This document shows, piece by piece, positions 42,746 through 55,095 of a stretch of 64,000 bases of DNA. Each line of letters starts with the position of its first letter. The first letter of the stretch is position 1. The DNA lies in assembly GCA_964016885.1 (NCBI GenBank), contig CAXHJY010000596.1:16841-80840 (forward strand), written 5' to 3'. A model generated the notes under the pieces. That model was not told the DNA's origin. It saw only the letters and a program-made list of their open reading frames with translations, and ran no database searches. The DNA comes from Eledone cirrhosa (taxonomy: Eukaryota). The position numbers and the translations under genes were made by a program.

Positions 42746-42899
42746 AATGAATGCGACCTACCATTTACAGGATGAAACCTTCAAACGGGTTACAAACTAA
42801 AAATTAACAAGGATCACAGTGGTAATGAATTGAGATGAGATATGAGAAAATAGTGGTAGTTATTCCTATATTGTTATGGTTCGTCAGTGGCACCTTCCT

Positions 42900-43325
42900 G
42901 AATATCAGGGCAGAGAAAGTATTCTTCCTGGTGTGTCTATAGTGTATTAGGTTTTCCGAATTCAAATTTGTGGCCGATTTTAGTTTGATGATCACGGCCA
43001 TTTCAACCAGACACAACCTGCAATGGCTTCCCTCTGTAGGAAGTTGGGCCACGTGTCTCATAACTGACCATTTGATCTGGTATTTCAATTTCTTGACCTT
43101 GAAGTCCCAAATCAAATCTGCCGGTTTGGTTTGGGAGCGTTTTAGTCTGTGGTTGACGGAGTTTTTGTGGTTGTAAAGTCGCTGCTTAAAGGTAGGTCGT
43201 GGTCGCAGCTGTATAGGTGTATTCATCTCGGCCGGCCGTGACATCGCACTGGTACACCATTTTCTTGATGAGGCACTCCCCGCTCAGTAGGCATTCCTCT
43301 GACTTTTTACTGTTGCACCTGGGGG
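42900..43325 (-). pseudogene. PLE (Neptune-type) GIY-YIG endonuclease remnant
   Basis: CNSKKSEECLLSGECL / VYQCDV / TFKQRLYNHKNS / LIWDFK..YQIKWSV / CRLCLVE..II, with frameshifts. Confidence 0.85.
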
Positions 43326-43489
43326 CTATTGCATTGTTGTTATATTGCTGGTTGGTCAGATTTTGGTTGGAGTTAGCATATAGTTGAGCGTTGTAATATA
43401 TTATCTGTGTGGTGTTGTTTTGGACTGTGCTAGTGGTTGCTTGGGGTGCTTGCTTGTGTTTGTGTATTATGGTCCTATTACTGTATGCT

Positions 43490-43685
43490 GTGGTGTCGGT
43501 TAGATTGGGTGTTGGGGAGAATGAGAATTTTACTGTGTGTCTTTTAAAGATTTATGTGTGGGTGGAAAGGATTGGTCGAGGGCCCTGGAGAATGTTCCTG
43601 GCACATTGATAACAACGTGTATAGAGTACGGGGCGTTGTACCATGTCACGGTTCTGCTCCGGACCTTACTGCGTTTAGTGCGGCT
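43490..43685 (-). pseudogene. PLE (Neptune-type) RT thumb/linker remnant
   Basis: RSRTVTWYNAPYSIHVVINVP..F..ALDQSFP..H / IFKRHTVKFSFS..PNL. Confidence 0.8.
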
Positions 43686-43915
43686 AATTTCTCTCCAGGG
43701 GTAGCATCCACGAACATGACACTCTGGTATCTCTGGTTGTCGTACCATGAAGTGGCTTTCCCTATCTTATGTTTAGTCCTATCTAAGCTATTCCATGATT
43801 TGCTCCTGTATAATAGACAAATTCCTTTCATGTCCATTTATATGAGGGTCTTATATTTCTCGGTGGCTCCTTTGTATACTCTGATTCTGTTTCTTTGGTT
43901 GTAGCCAGAGAACTG
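43686..43915 (-). pseudogene. Probable RT C-terminal fragment of a different PLE lineage
   Basis: LYRSKSW...R.K.K..K..SWY....YQSVMFVDATPGEKLA; not shared with the second copy. Confidence 0.5.
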
Positions 43916-44068
43916 CATGCGATTGATGAAGTGTTGGATGAAGACACATCCAACACTTCATCAACCGCATATACACACACACACACACACACATATGTGT
44001 ATACATATATGTACATATATACATAGACGCGCACAGACTTATATGTATACATATATTCACACACACAA

Positions 44069-44108
<40 letters not shown>

Positions 44109-44773
44109 ATTGCAATCGCTAAAATGACTACTCCGTGATATATCTTTTAAAGTCTGAGCGCTGGGTCTTAGATCAAGTGAATAGCCAGACAAGTGCAACA
44201 ATAAATATGTGGAGTCCATTGACATTTCAATAGCTCAGCAGCCACCTATCGCGGTCTTATCTTCAAGATGATAGTGTTTTTATGGCGGTTGTTATGGCGG
44301 AGTTACCAAAAGACGATAGAACCACTGCAAAGGAAGTTGTCTGATTACTGAGTTGTTATCTTTGGACATGGCAGCTAATGTGTAAAGAGGCGGGGGAATG
44401 GGTGATGGTGCTGCTGGTTGAGGGGTAGGGGGTGGATGACGGTGGTGTTTGGTTGGTGGTGGGGTGGGGTGTTTGGGTGGTAGTGCTGTTTGGCTAATTG
44501 TGGTGGTGTTTGGGTGGTGGTGGTGGTGTTTGGGTGGTGGTAGTGGTGGTTGGGTGGTGATGGTGGAGAATGTGGTGTTGACGTCAGAAGCTTCCTTCTA
44601 CAATCTGTTGTTCACTTGTTACTAAGGTGTGCTATCTGTCGACGTTGTTGTTGTTGTTACTGTTTCTGTTATGGATATAAAGAGAACTTCCTAAACCTTC
44701 GTCCATACTGCTTCCATATGTCTTATGTAGTCTACACACACACACACACACACACACACAATTTGTACCTATA

Positions 44774-44820
<47 letters not shown>

Positions 44821-44859
44821 AAATATAAAACAATCAAGTCTTAGTTTAATACATTTAAT

Positions 44860-44906
44860 TGCTGACAATTGTTTCTTCCAGACGAATGTCTGGATTCATC
44901 AGAGCA
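44860..44906 (-). ncRNA. Hammerhead ribozyme, compact canonical
   Basis: Minus strand: tgct CTGATGA (44896-44902) aTCCAGAC-ATTC-GTCTGGAa GAAAC-AATT-GTC agca. Confidence 0.88.
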
Positions 44907-44988
44907 TACAGAATGTTTAAACAGGTAATTAAAATCCTACATATTTATAATAAAATATAAGCCATATATAAGTATAAATTATTATTAC

Positions 44989-45022
<34 letters not shown>

Positions 45023-45023
45023 T

Positions 45024-45133
<110 letters not shown>

Positions 45134-45258
45134 ATGTATGTATAGTGTAATTGCCAATATACTGTATGTTTAATTAAAAACATTTAGAAGACAATACGCT
45201 ATCAGTTTTAAAGTAGTGACTATGTGATTTACTTCTTTTCGGCGAAAGAAGGGAGAGA

Positions 45259-45300
45259 AGCTAACAGCCTGTTTCACGCTGATTGGCGTTCATCAGAGCC
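45259..45300 (-). ncRNA. Hammerhead ribozyme (GUU triplet)
   Basis: Minus strand: ggct CTGATGA (45290-45296) ACGC-CAATCA-GCGT GAAACA-GGC-TGTT agct. Confidence 0.75.
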
Positions 45301-45384
45301 ACGTCCTCCCCTGCTTTCACCGAAAATTATAGAAGCTGGATTCTTATAGAATTCCAGTAATAATCAGGAGCTGATTATACAGAG

Positions 45385-45448
<64 letters not shown>

Positions 45449-45868
45449 CTCTGTATAATCAGCTCCTGATTATTACTGGAATTACTGTATATATATGCAT
45501 ATATATACATACACATATATGCACATATATATATATGCATATATATATATATATATGTATGTATGTATATATACACACACACACATATGTATATATATAT
45601 ATATATATATATACATATGTGTGTGTGTGTGTGTGTGTGTATACATACATACATATATATATATATGCATATATATATATGTGCATATATGTGTATGTAT
45701 ATATATGCATATATATATACACACATACATACATATATACACATATATACATACATACATACACATATATACATACATACACACACATATATACATACAT
45801 ACACACACACATATACATACATACACACACACACACATACATACATACACACACACACACACATACAT

Positions 45869-45954
<86 letters not shown>

Positions 45955-46230
45955 CTCTGTATAATCACCTCCTGATTATTACTGGAATTCTATAAGAATC
46001 CAGCTTCTATAATTTTGTATGTATGTATGTATGTATGTATATATGTGTATGTGTATATATGTATGTATGTATATGTGTGTATGTATGTATGTATGTATGT
46101 ATGTGTATATGTATGTATGTATATGTATGTATATATATATATGTATATATATATATCTGTATGTGTGTATATGTGTGTGTATGTATATATGTATGTATGT
46201 ATATGCATGCATATATACATGCATGCGTGT

Positions 46231-46820
46231 GCTGGTAACAACATGTATCCCAGTACAACCTGTCCCATGGTCGGGTCGTTGGCGACTAAACTGGCAACCC
46301 CACCAAGGTTTCTTGGTGAGGAAGGTAACTTTGGACATCCTGCAGGACTAAAAACAAAACCTGTCAAAGGGCAAAGGAGCTCAATGGTCATCCAAAGAGT
46401 CAATGGTCATCCAGAATCACCGGGAGAGATGACCCCTTAGCCTTTGTCAAGGGAGAAGGAAAACTCTGATATAACACCTGCAACCCTGATGGTATCCAAT
46501 GATGTTGACTTGTTCTTCTTTTTGGTAAATATCATCTTGGTTAAGAGAGTGGGACTGGCTTTGTGCAGTGCCTTTGCTCACTATAAAAGCTTCACGGCAC
46601 AGGCATTGCTTTATATCTGGAGATCTTTCTGCACTTGTCGTCACATGGTACCATGAGCCCAGCACTGTGTGTCAATAATTGTCACAAGTGTAGTGTTTGT
46701 ACCAGAGTTTTCAAGTCGCTGGCTGGACGAAAAAGTCACACTTGTTCAGCGCATCGGTAGGGGTTCTCCTACATGGATATAAAGTAGTGGCCGTACTCGA
46801 AAACGAGTTGGCAGCCACCA
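46231..46820 (+). mobile_element. Interspersed repeat with RTE-like 5' UTR
   Basis: GGGTCGTTGGCGACTAAACTGGCAACCCCACC and CCTTAGCCTTTGTCAAGGGAGAAGGAAAACTCTGA resemble RTE 5' regions; two other copies in the window. Confidence 0.55.
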
Positions 46821-46865
46821 TATATATGCATATATATGTAGGTATTTATATATATATATATAATA

Positions 46866-47613
46866 CAAGGATGATTGGTTACTCCTTCATTACATTTATT
46901 GGTTGGTGACGCGCGTTTCGCTATTGATCAGCTCAAGGTTCGATCTGTATCGATCAGGCCCGACGCTCGAATCAAAAGCTCGTCGGACCTCTATAGTAGT
47001 AATGACAGAATGAATATACATGGTATAGAAATGTCTAATGTTCCTACGTTGGTCAGTTTACATTGTTTTGATTGGTGGGTTAATTAAGAGGAATGTTTGG
47101 GGGTCTGTAAGATAGGTGGTGGGGAGGAGGGGGGAGTGTAGTGACGAGGTGGTGATGGGGAGCAAAGGTTGGTGTGAGTTGCGGGGTGGTGGTGCTTTGG
47201 CTAGCCCTAGACATTTCGGGGAGGCGGTGGTGTGGATGTGGTGTGGATGTGGTAGGGCTGTGTGTGATGGGAGATGAAAGAGTGCGGTGTTGTACAGGGG
47301 TGGGGTAGGGGCGGTGCTGCTGGTCATCAGTTTATCACGGAGGAGTGAGTGGAAAGTAAGGAGGGGAGACATAAGGGAGGTAGGTTATACCAGGTTGGGG
47401 TGGGGCTTATTTGTAAGCTGTTTAGACATCGTTAAATGGGATTTGCGCTATAAGAAATGAAGGAAGTAATGAATTATCGTGTGAGGTTAGTGTTTGAAAA
47501 GACCATAAGAAAATGTTTTGAAAAGGTTGCTAACAGACTGTGGGTAGGGGCAAGATAGGGGTGCAGTGCTTATTGTGTGAAAAGAATATAAAAAGGAGTA
47601 TAAATATACATGT

Positions 47614-47648
<35 letters not shown>

Positions 47649-48172
47649 TACGTGTATGCATGCATATCCACACATGCATCAATGTAAATATATATACACT
47701 CATGCATCACCCCACACACGCACACACAGAAGATATACAAAGCCACACTGACATAGATTTGCTCGTGGAAGGGCATATGGAACGTTCATATTGATTATCC
47801 TGTACTCCCCTCGCACTGGCAGATCGAACTCAGATACATATTATAGGAAGTTTCGGACACACCGTCCCTTGTACGCATCATACATATGTCTGCGTCCCCG
47901 CATATATACACACTAACGAGATGTGGGTGCTCATAGTCCGGGGCATAGTCCATACGACTATATCGCTGTGCATGGGTGCAGGCAAACACATACATCCATT
48001 TTTTTTTTTTCAAGAAAATGGGAAAACTTCCTGGTACATTGGTAACAACGTGTATTGAATACGGGGCGTTGTACCATGTCACGGATCTGCTCCGGGCCTT
48101 ACGGCGTTTAGTGCGGTTCCTGTGGTTTGGTGTGGGTCTGTGTTTGGTCAGGCGTATTTGTCTTAGGTGCCA
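46866..48172 (-). mobile_element. Second, internally deleted copy of the Neptune-type PLE
   Basis: 46866-47215 is highly similar to 36530-36880; 48020-48115 encodes RSRSVTWYNAPYSIHVVTNVPGSF. Confidence 0.75.
46905..46989 (-). ncRNA. Hammerhead ribozyme with CCGACGA core (PLE-linked)
   Basis: TCGTCGG 46980-46986; GACGCGCGTTTC 46908-46919. Confidence 0.75.
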
Positions 48173-48177
48173 TTTAA

Positions 48178-48370
48178 TCTAAGATTTCTCTCTCCTCTGC
48201 CTCTTCACACAGAGCACTGAACTTGTTCCTCACTTCTACTGTGTACCTCTCCTGTAGTTTATCATCTTCCTTGAAAGCTCCCCAGTCATAGATTGCTCTC
48301 CGGGGCTGAGCCTTACTCTTTCTTAAGCTCACCCGGACCTCACTCATAACAAGCCAGTAGTCACTGCCCA
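48178..48370 (-). pseudogene. RTE LINE fragment (end of APE endonuclease plus linker)
   Basis: [16 protein letters not shown]...YDW...LQERYTVEVRNKFSAL. Confidence 0.75.
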
Positions 48371-48434
48371 TATATATATATACATACCTTTATATATACA
48401 CACACACATGTATATATATGCATATATATATATA

Positions 48435-48500
<66 letters not shown>

Positions 48501-48694
48501 AAGAATTAGTATATCTACTAACATATATATACAGATGCATACCTATGCCAGCAAATATATAGGTTTTGTCTTAGTAACTTTGTGGTTCAATGCAAGGGGA
48601 TGCAGAACAATAATATGAAAGACGTAAAATAAGAAAATTATAAAAATTAACTTACTAAAATTTCACTCCAACTAATTAGTTTCTGAAAGGGAAT

Positions 48695-48746
48695 AAACAT
48701 GGTTTCCGAAGAAACGCACGGAGAAGTCCTTTCGTCATCAGGGAAG
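48695..48746 (-). ncRNA. Decayed hammerhead ribozyme
   Basis: Minus strand: CTGATGA (48735-48741) CGAA...TTCG GAAAC CATGTT; stem I not evident. Confidence 0.5.
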
Positions 48747-48907
48747 TCTATTCTCAGCTAAGTTTCCAGGCAATGCGTGGACACAGGGAATTTATACAAA
48801 AATAATTCAGTGGATGGAAAAAAGCAAAGCGTGGACTAAGTTCCAAGACATTGAAAAAATCACTGCCTACTGGGTCGGTGGCAAATTCAAAAGAACCAAT
48901 CACGTGA

Positions 48908-48949
<42 letters not shown>

Positions 48950-49143
48950 CAAAATGGATATTCAATTTGTTGGTAATTCAACAAATATAAATGTTTATAA
49001 CTGGTTCAACCTCATTTGCATACTCATCTTAAAAATTTGAAATATCTGACTTTTCTTCTCTTTTCCCTTCACTATCCAAGAAAAACTTGAACCGTTAAGG
49101 TATCTTTTCTTGGTTATGTCAAAATTTATAAAACAAACTTTGC

Positions 49144-49202
49144 ATTTTATCTGATGAGAGCGTTCCAAAGTTTTGGTACCCTTGAAATATATATAATAGA
49201 AT
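49144..49202 (+). ncRNA. Hammerhead ribozyme, family B
   Basis: ttttat CTGATGA (49151-49157) ... GAAAT-ATAT-ATA (49184-49195) atagaa. Confidence 0.75.
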
Positions 49203-49253
49203 AAATATGGTTTTATAAATATAGTTTCCATTTATTAAATATCATTGTATATA

Positions 49254-49555
49254 TCTATATATATAAAAGCAAGTCGGTCTGTGTCTGTCTGTCTGTCTGT
49301 GTACAAATACTCCTTTTAACTTTTGAAGTACTAGGCCGATTTCAACCATATTTGGCACACATGTTGCTTATATGCCAGAGCAGGTTTGGACAAAAACAAA
49401 TTTGAAAAAATCGATATTGGGGCCGAAAAATCGATTTTGTGTGTGTATCTGTCTGTGTACAAATACTAGGCTCCTTTTAACTTTTGAAGTACTAGGCCGT
49501 TACCGACAAACAGGCTGTCATTCATTTCCCGAGCAACGCCGGGTATATCTGCTAG
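49254..49555 (+). mobile_element. Non-autonomous Helitron
   Basis: A^TCTATATATATAAAAGC start and CCCGAGCAACGCCGGG..CTGCTAG^T end; same termini as 14970-16906. Confidence 0.85.
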
Positions 49556-49610
49556 TATATATATATATATACATACATATACGTGTGTGTGTGTGTATGT
49601 GAGCATGTGT

Positions 49611-49701
49611 GTATCTGTGTTCTTTATGCATGACTGCATCAGAACAGTTGCAATGACCGAACAACTGTTCTGATGCAGTCATGCATAAAGAACACACATA
49701 C
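49611..49701. repeat. Inverted repeat (hairpin) with arms of about 40 bp
   Basis: TGTGTTCTTTATGCATGACTGCATCAGAACAGTTG and its reverse complement. Confidence 0.85.
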
Positions 49702-49737
49702 ACACACGCATACACACAAGTATATGTTGTGACATAT

Positions 49738-49924
49738 ACTTTAGGCACAAGGCCAGCAAATAGCCAGTGCATTACTGGTACTTTATTTTATCGACCCCGG
49801 AAGGATGAAAGGCAAAGTAAACCTCGGCGGGATTTGAACTCAGAATGGCAAGGACCGTAACTCTATGCGTCAAAGCATGGTGTCCGACCCTCTACCCCTC
49901 TACCGATACTGCCAAACCACCGCC
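49738..49924 (-). mobile_element. SINE S1
   Basis: Matches the other copies. Confidence 0.85.
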
Positions 49925-50037
49925 AATTTATATATAATATCGTCTTTTTTAAATATATTATGGATTACTTTACTGATTACAGAAGACAGTGTAACAGTCT
50001 CTATTCAATTTCTGTGCATATTCTCAATTACTATTGT

Positions 50038-52905
50038 ATTTGTTGTGACATATACTGACGGCTGGCTGGTTGTGATGTTGTTATGTGGTTGGGTTTTGTT
50101 GTGACATACACTGACAGGTGGCTAGTTGTGATGTTGTTATGTGGTTGGGTTTTGTTGTGACATATACTGACAGGTGGCTAGTTGTGATGTTGTTATGTGG
50201 TTGTGTTTTGTTGTGACATATACTGACGGCTGGCTGGTTGTGATGTTGTTATGTGGTTGGGTTTTGTTGTGACATACACTGACAGGTGGCTAGTTGTGAT
50301 GTTGTTATGTGGTTGTGTTTTGTTGTGACATATACTGACGGCTGGCTGGTTGTGATGTTGTTATGTGGTTGGGTTTTGTTGTGACATATACTGACAGGTG
50401 GCTAGTTGTGATGTTGTTATGTGGTTGTGTTTTGTTGTGACATATACTGACGGCTGGCTGGTTGTGATGTTGTTATGTGGTTGGGTTTTGTTGTGACATA
50501 TACTGACAGGTGGCTAGTTGTGATGTTGTTATGTGGTTGGGTTTTGTTGTGACATATACTGACAGGTGGCTAGTTGTGATGTTGTTATGTGGTTGTGTTT
50601 TGTTGTGACATATACTGACGGCTGGCTGGTTGTGATGTTGTTATGTGGTTGGGTTTTGTTGTGACATATACTGACAGGTGGCTAGTTGTGATGTTGTTAT
50701 GTGGTTGTGTTTTGTTGTGACATATACTGACGGCTGGCTGGTTGTGATGTTGTTATGTGGTTGGGTTTTGTTGTGACATATACTGACGGCTGGCTGGTTG
50801 TGATGTTGTTATGTGGTTGTGTTTTGTTGTGACATATACTGACGGCTGGCTGGTTGTGATGTTGTTATGTGGTTGGGTTTTGTTGTGACATATACTGACA
50901 GGTGGCTAGTTGTGATGTTGTTATGTGGTTGTGTTTTGTTGTGACATATACTGACGGCTGGCTGGTTGTGATGTTGTTATGTGGTTGGGTTTTGTTGTGA
51001 CATATACTGACAGGTGGCTAGTTGTGATGTTGTTATGTGGTTGTGTTTTGTTGTGACATATACTGACGGCTGGCTGGTTGTGATGTTGTTATGTGGTTGG
51101 GTTTTGTTGTGACATATACTGACAGGTGGCTAGTTGTGATGTTGTTATGTGGTTGTGTTTTGTTGTGACATATACTGACGGCTGGCTGGTTGTGATGTTG
51201 TTATGTGGTTGGGTTTTGTTGTGACATATACTGACAGGTGGCTAGTTGTGATGTTGTTATGTGGTTGTGTTTTGTTGTGACATATACTGACGGCTGGCTG
51301 GTTGTGATGTTGTTATGTGGTTGGGTTTTGTTGTGACATATACTGACAGGTGGCTAGTTGTGATGTTGTTATGTGGTTGTGTTTTGTTGTGACATATACT
51401 GACGGCTGGCTGGTTGTGATGTTGTTATGTGGTTGGGTTTTGTTGTGACATATACTGACAGGTGGCTAGTTGTGATGTTGTTATGTGGTTGTGTTTTGTT
51501 GTGACATATACTGACGGCTGGCTGGTTGTGATGTTGTTATGTGGTTGGGTTTTGTTGTGACATATACTGACAGGTGGCTAGTTGTGATGTTGTTATGTGG
51601 TTGTGTTTTGTTGTGACATATACTGACGGCTGGCTGGTTGTGATGTTGTTATGTGGTTGGGTTTTGTTGTGACATATACTGACAGGTGGCTAGTTGTGAT
51701 GTTGTTATGTGGTTGTGTTTTGTTGTGACATATACTGACGGCTGGCTGGTTGTGATGTTGTTATGGGGTTGTGTTTTGTTGTGACATATACTGACGGATG
51801 GCTGGTTGTGATGTGGTTGTGTTTTGTTGTGACATATACTGACAGGTGGCTAGTTTTGATGTTATGTCGTTGTGTTTTGTTGTGACATATACTGACGGCT
51901 GGCTGGTTGTGATGTTGTTATGTGGTTGGGTTTTGTTGTGACATATACTGACGGCTGGCTGGTTGTGATGTGGTTGTGTTTTGTTGTGACATATACTGAC
52001 AGGTGGATAGTTTTGATGTTATGTCGTTGTGTTTTGTTGTGACATATACTGACGGCTGGCTGGTTGTGATGTTATGTGGTTGTGTTTTGTTGTGACATAT
52101 ACTGACAGTCGGATGGTTGTGATGTTGTTATGTGGTTGTGTTTTGTTGTGACATATACTGACGGCTGGCTGGTTGTGATGTTGTTATGTGGTTGTGTTTT
52201 GTTATGACATATACTGACGGCTGGCTGGTTGTGGTGTTGTTATGTGGTCGTGTTTTGTTGTGACATATACTGACGGTTGGTTGTGATGTTGTTATGTGGT
52301 TGTGTTTTGTTGTGACATATACTGACGGCTAGTTGTGATGTTGTTATGTGGTTGTGTTTTGTTGTGACATATACTGACGGCTGGCTGGTTGTGATGTGGT
52401 TGTGTTTTGTTGTGACATATACTGACAGGTGGCTAGTTTTGATGTTATGTCGTTGTGTTTTGTTGTGACATATACTGACAGTCGGATGGTTGTGATGTTG
52501 TTATGTGGTTGTGTTTTGTTGTGACATATACTGACGGCTGGCTGGTTGTGATGTTATTATGTGATTGTGTTTTGTTGTGACATATACTGACGGCTAGCTG
52601 GTTGTGATATTGTTATGTGGTTGTGTTTTGTTGTGACATATACTGACGGCTGGTTGTGATGTTGTTATGTGGTTGTGTTTTGTTGTGACATATACTGACG
52701 GCTGGCTGGTTGTGATGTTGTTATGTGGTTGTGTTTTGTTGTGACATATACTGACAGCTGGCTAGTTGTAATGTTGTTATGTGGTGTTTTGTTATGATAT
52801 ATACTGACGGCTGGCTGGTTGTGGTGTTGCTATGTGGTTGTGTTTTGTTGTGACATAAACTGACGGCCGGCTGGTTGTGATGTTGTTATGTGGATGTGTT
52901 TTGTA
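50038..52905. repeat. 56-bp satellite, about 51 copies, with a 112-bp dimeric HOR in the left part
   Basis: Alternating GACGGCTGGCTGG / GACAGGTGGCTAG monomers; more degenerate after about 51765. Confidence 0.97.
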
Positions 52906-53430
52906 CTTGATGTTACAATGTATGTTAGTAGACTACAGTCTTTAGAGATTCTCCTAGAGTTAATTTTATGTATGTGTGATTTGATGTTAGCTGCAGTAGA
53001 GTAAGAGAGTTTAATGGTTTTTCTATTAAAGATTCTATGGTATTTCTGTGATTTGATGTTAGCTGCAGTAGAGTAAGAGAGTTTAATGGTTTTTCTATTA
53101 AAGATTCTGTGGTATTTGTGTGATTTGATGTTAGCTGCAATAGAGTAAGAGAGTTTAATGGTTTTTCTATTAAAGATTCTATGGTATTTGTGTGCTTTAG
53201 GGAAGTGCTTATCGATTAATTTAGAGAGAAGGTAGGTTGGTCCTTATAGAGGAGTTGAAAATTGGATTGAACCACAAATACTCCCTAATTCTGGGTTTCC
53301 TGGAATTTCTGGAGATACCCATATTAATGTACGATTGGCTATTCCATGTGTCTGTTGCTTATTTTTATGTCTAGTCTTATATTTGTTATTCCTTATAAGG
53401 ACAGGTGGCGTAGTTCTCGCTAAGTTTGTA
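52905..53430 (-). pseudogene. Neptune-type PLE RT thumb remnant with in-frame 72-bp triplication
   Basis: [20 protein letters not shown] / [11 protein letters not shown]([22 protein letters not shown].)x3. Confidence 0.82.
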
Positions 53431-53432
53431 TT

Positions 53433-53492
<60 letters not shown>

Positions 53493-53617
53493 ATATATTT
53501 AACACATATACATATATATATATATATATTGTATTATAAGTTTGGTACAAATATCCAAGGGTAAGAGTATTCAGTCCATAGGATGAGTTAAGTATAATTA
53601 GTTACAACAGTGACATA

Positions 53618-53669
53618 AACAGGTACTTACGTTTCGTTGGATTATGCACCCCAACTTATTTAGCCTGTT
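53618..53669 (-). ncRNA. Hammerhead with decayed core but intact stems
   Basis: Minus strand: aacagg CTAAATAA GTTGG...CCAAC GAAAC-GTAA-GTA cctgtt. Confidence 0.6.
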
Positions 53670-53941
53670 ATATAAAGAAAGATGGCCACTGCCACAGCTG
53701 AATGTTGTTTTTTTTTTGAAAAAATATATGAGAGCTCTTGAGAGGCAGGTAATTTCGAAATTAGCTATAAATAATCAAAATTATTAGATAGGGTAAAGGG
53801 AGGTAACCATAAAAAATAGAAAATGCAGGGAATTTATGATAAGTTAGTAATTCAAAGAAATCAAATTCCTTGAATTTCAAATCAGTTAGTCTGGTCTAAT
53901 CGTGTGGACAGTGACTGAAGCAGTCAACGCGTGTATTTAAT

Positions 53942-54215
53942 CAGTGGTTCTCAAACTTTTTTTAGCTCATGGCGTATTTTTGAAAAAGTAAAAACATGTT
54001 GGCGCACATTGTACCATAAATTCTTGACAGAGTTGATAGATTGTGCTATTTTTTTTACAAATCTTGTTACTAAACTTTACTTGCGTGCCACTTTCACAGC
54101 TATATATAAACTTTCATACGGATTTTAGTTTGTATTTTTCACATCTTAAAACTTAATCTTAGTCTATTGGGGCTCATCTAGTTACATTTCGCGACGCATG
54201 CTTTGGGAATCACTG
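53942..54215. mobile_element. hAT (Charlie-like) MITE
   Basis: TIRs CAGTGGTTCTCAAA / TTTGGGAATCACTG; target-site duplication not clearly preserved. Confidence 0.6.
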
Positions 54216-54765
54216 CTCTAAACGATTATTCGACATGCTAGAAGCTCTCAGAAAGGTCGCAATCACTGCCCTCCCTTCTTTGGCTAAAGATTAAAAAATT
54301 GTAAGAAATCCTACTTATGTCATCTATGCCTGTAATCCTGTAATATTCCCTCTCCATATCAACAAATGGAGGAATAAACATGTAAGGAATCATACTTTTT
54401 ACCACCTATCTCTGTAATGTTTCCTCCTCCATCACCGTTGTGGCAATGAAGCAGATAATATTCTTGTCTGCGGCTCCGCTCCCTCATATCAATGAGAGCA
54501 ACGGCAAAGTAGGCTCAGTCAAGGAGCCGACGAGGCAGCAATGGAACCTTATAGGAATAAAGTAGATAATATACTTGTCTAAGGTGTCACTCCCTCATTA
54601 TCAATCAGAACAACAGCAAATTATAGCGTCGTCGTGTAATCTATAACGAATAATATTTCATTGAATGGCTTAAGCCAATAAGTACATAAACCAAGGTTAA
54701 TACATCACACAAACATATACATACATACATACATACATACATACATACATACATACATACATACA

Positions 54766-54798
<33 letters not shown>

Positions 54799-54799
54799 G

Positions 54800-55095
54800 A
54801 TGGCTGCCCCCTCGTTATCGAGTATGGCCATTGCACGATATACCATTATTAATAATTATTAATTAATTCTATCGTGCAATGCCTGTGCGTGAAGATATTT
54901 TTTAAAGTGAGGAAAGACTGTGCACTGAGCCAATCCCACTCTCTGAGCGACAGTAGCTCTAACCCTAAAAGAAGAAAAGATCAACATCATCGGTAACTAC
55001 TGAGCCGCAGGTTTTATGTCAGAGTTATCCCAGTTTCCTGAGATACCTTCTCCTAGAAGAATGTCCTGACAAAGGCTAGGGGTCCTTCACTCCCA
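54800..55095 (-). mobile_element. Diverged copy of the 46231-46820 repeat
   Basis: Shared TGGCTGCC..CTCGTT.TCGAGTA.GGCCA, GCAATGCCTGTGC, CCCACTCTCT and TGACAAAGGCTA. Confidence 0.6.

Noticed and set aside
40301-42800. 586-599 aa Gly/Val/Trp/Cys ORFs and the NVFSGVVYG repeat ORF
   Set aside because: 17-bp and 27-bp minisatellites; the 17-mer gives the same peptide in all three frames.
49611-49701. CTGATG in a hairpin as another hammerhead
   Set aside because: It reads CTGATGC, with no GAAA or stem II/III, so it is kept only as an inverted repeat.
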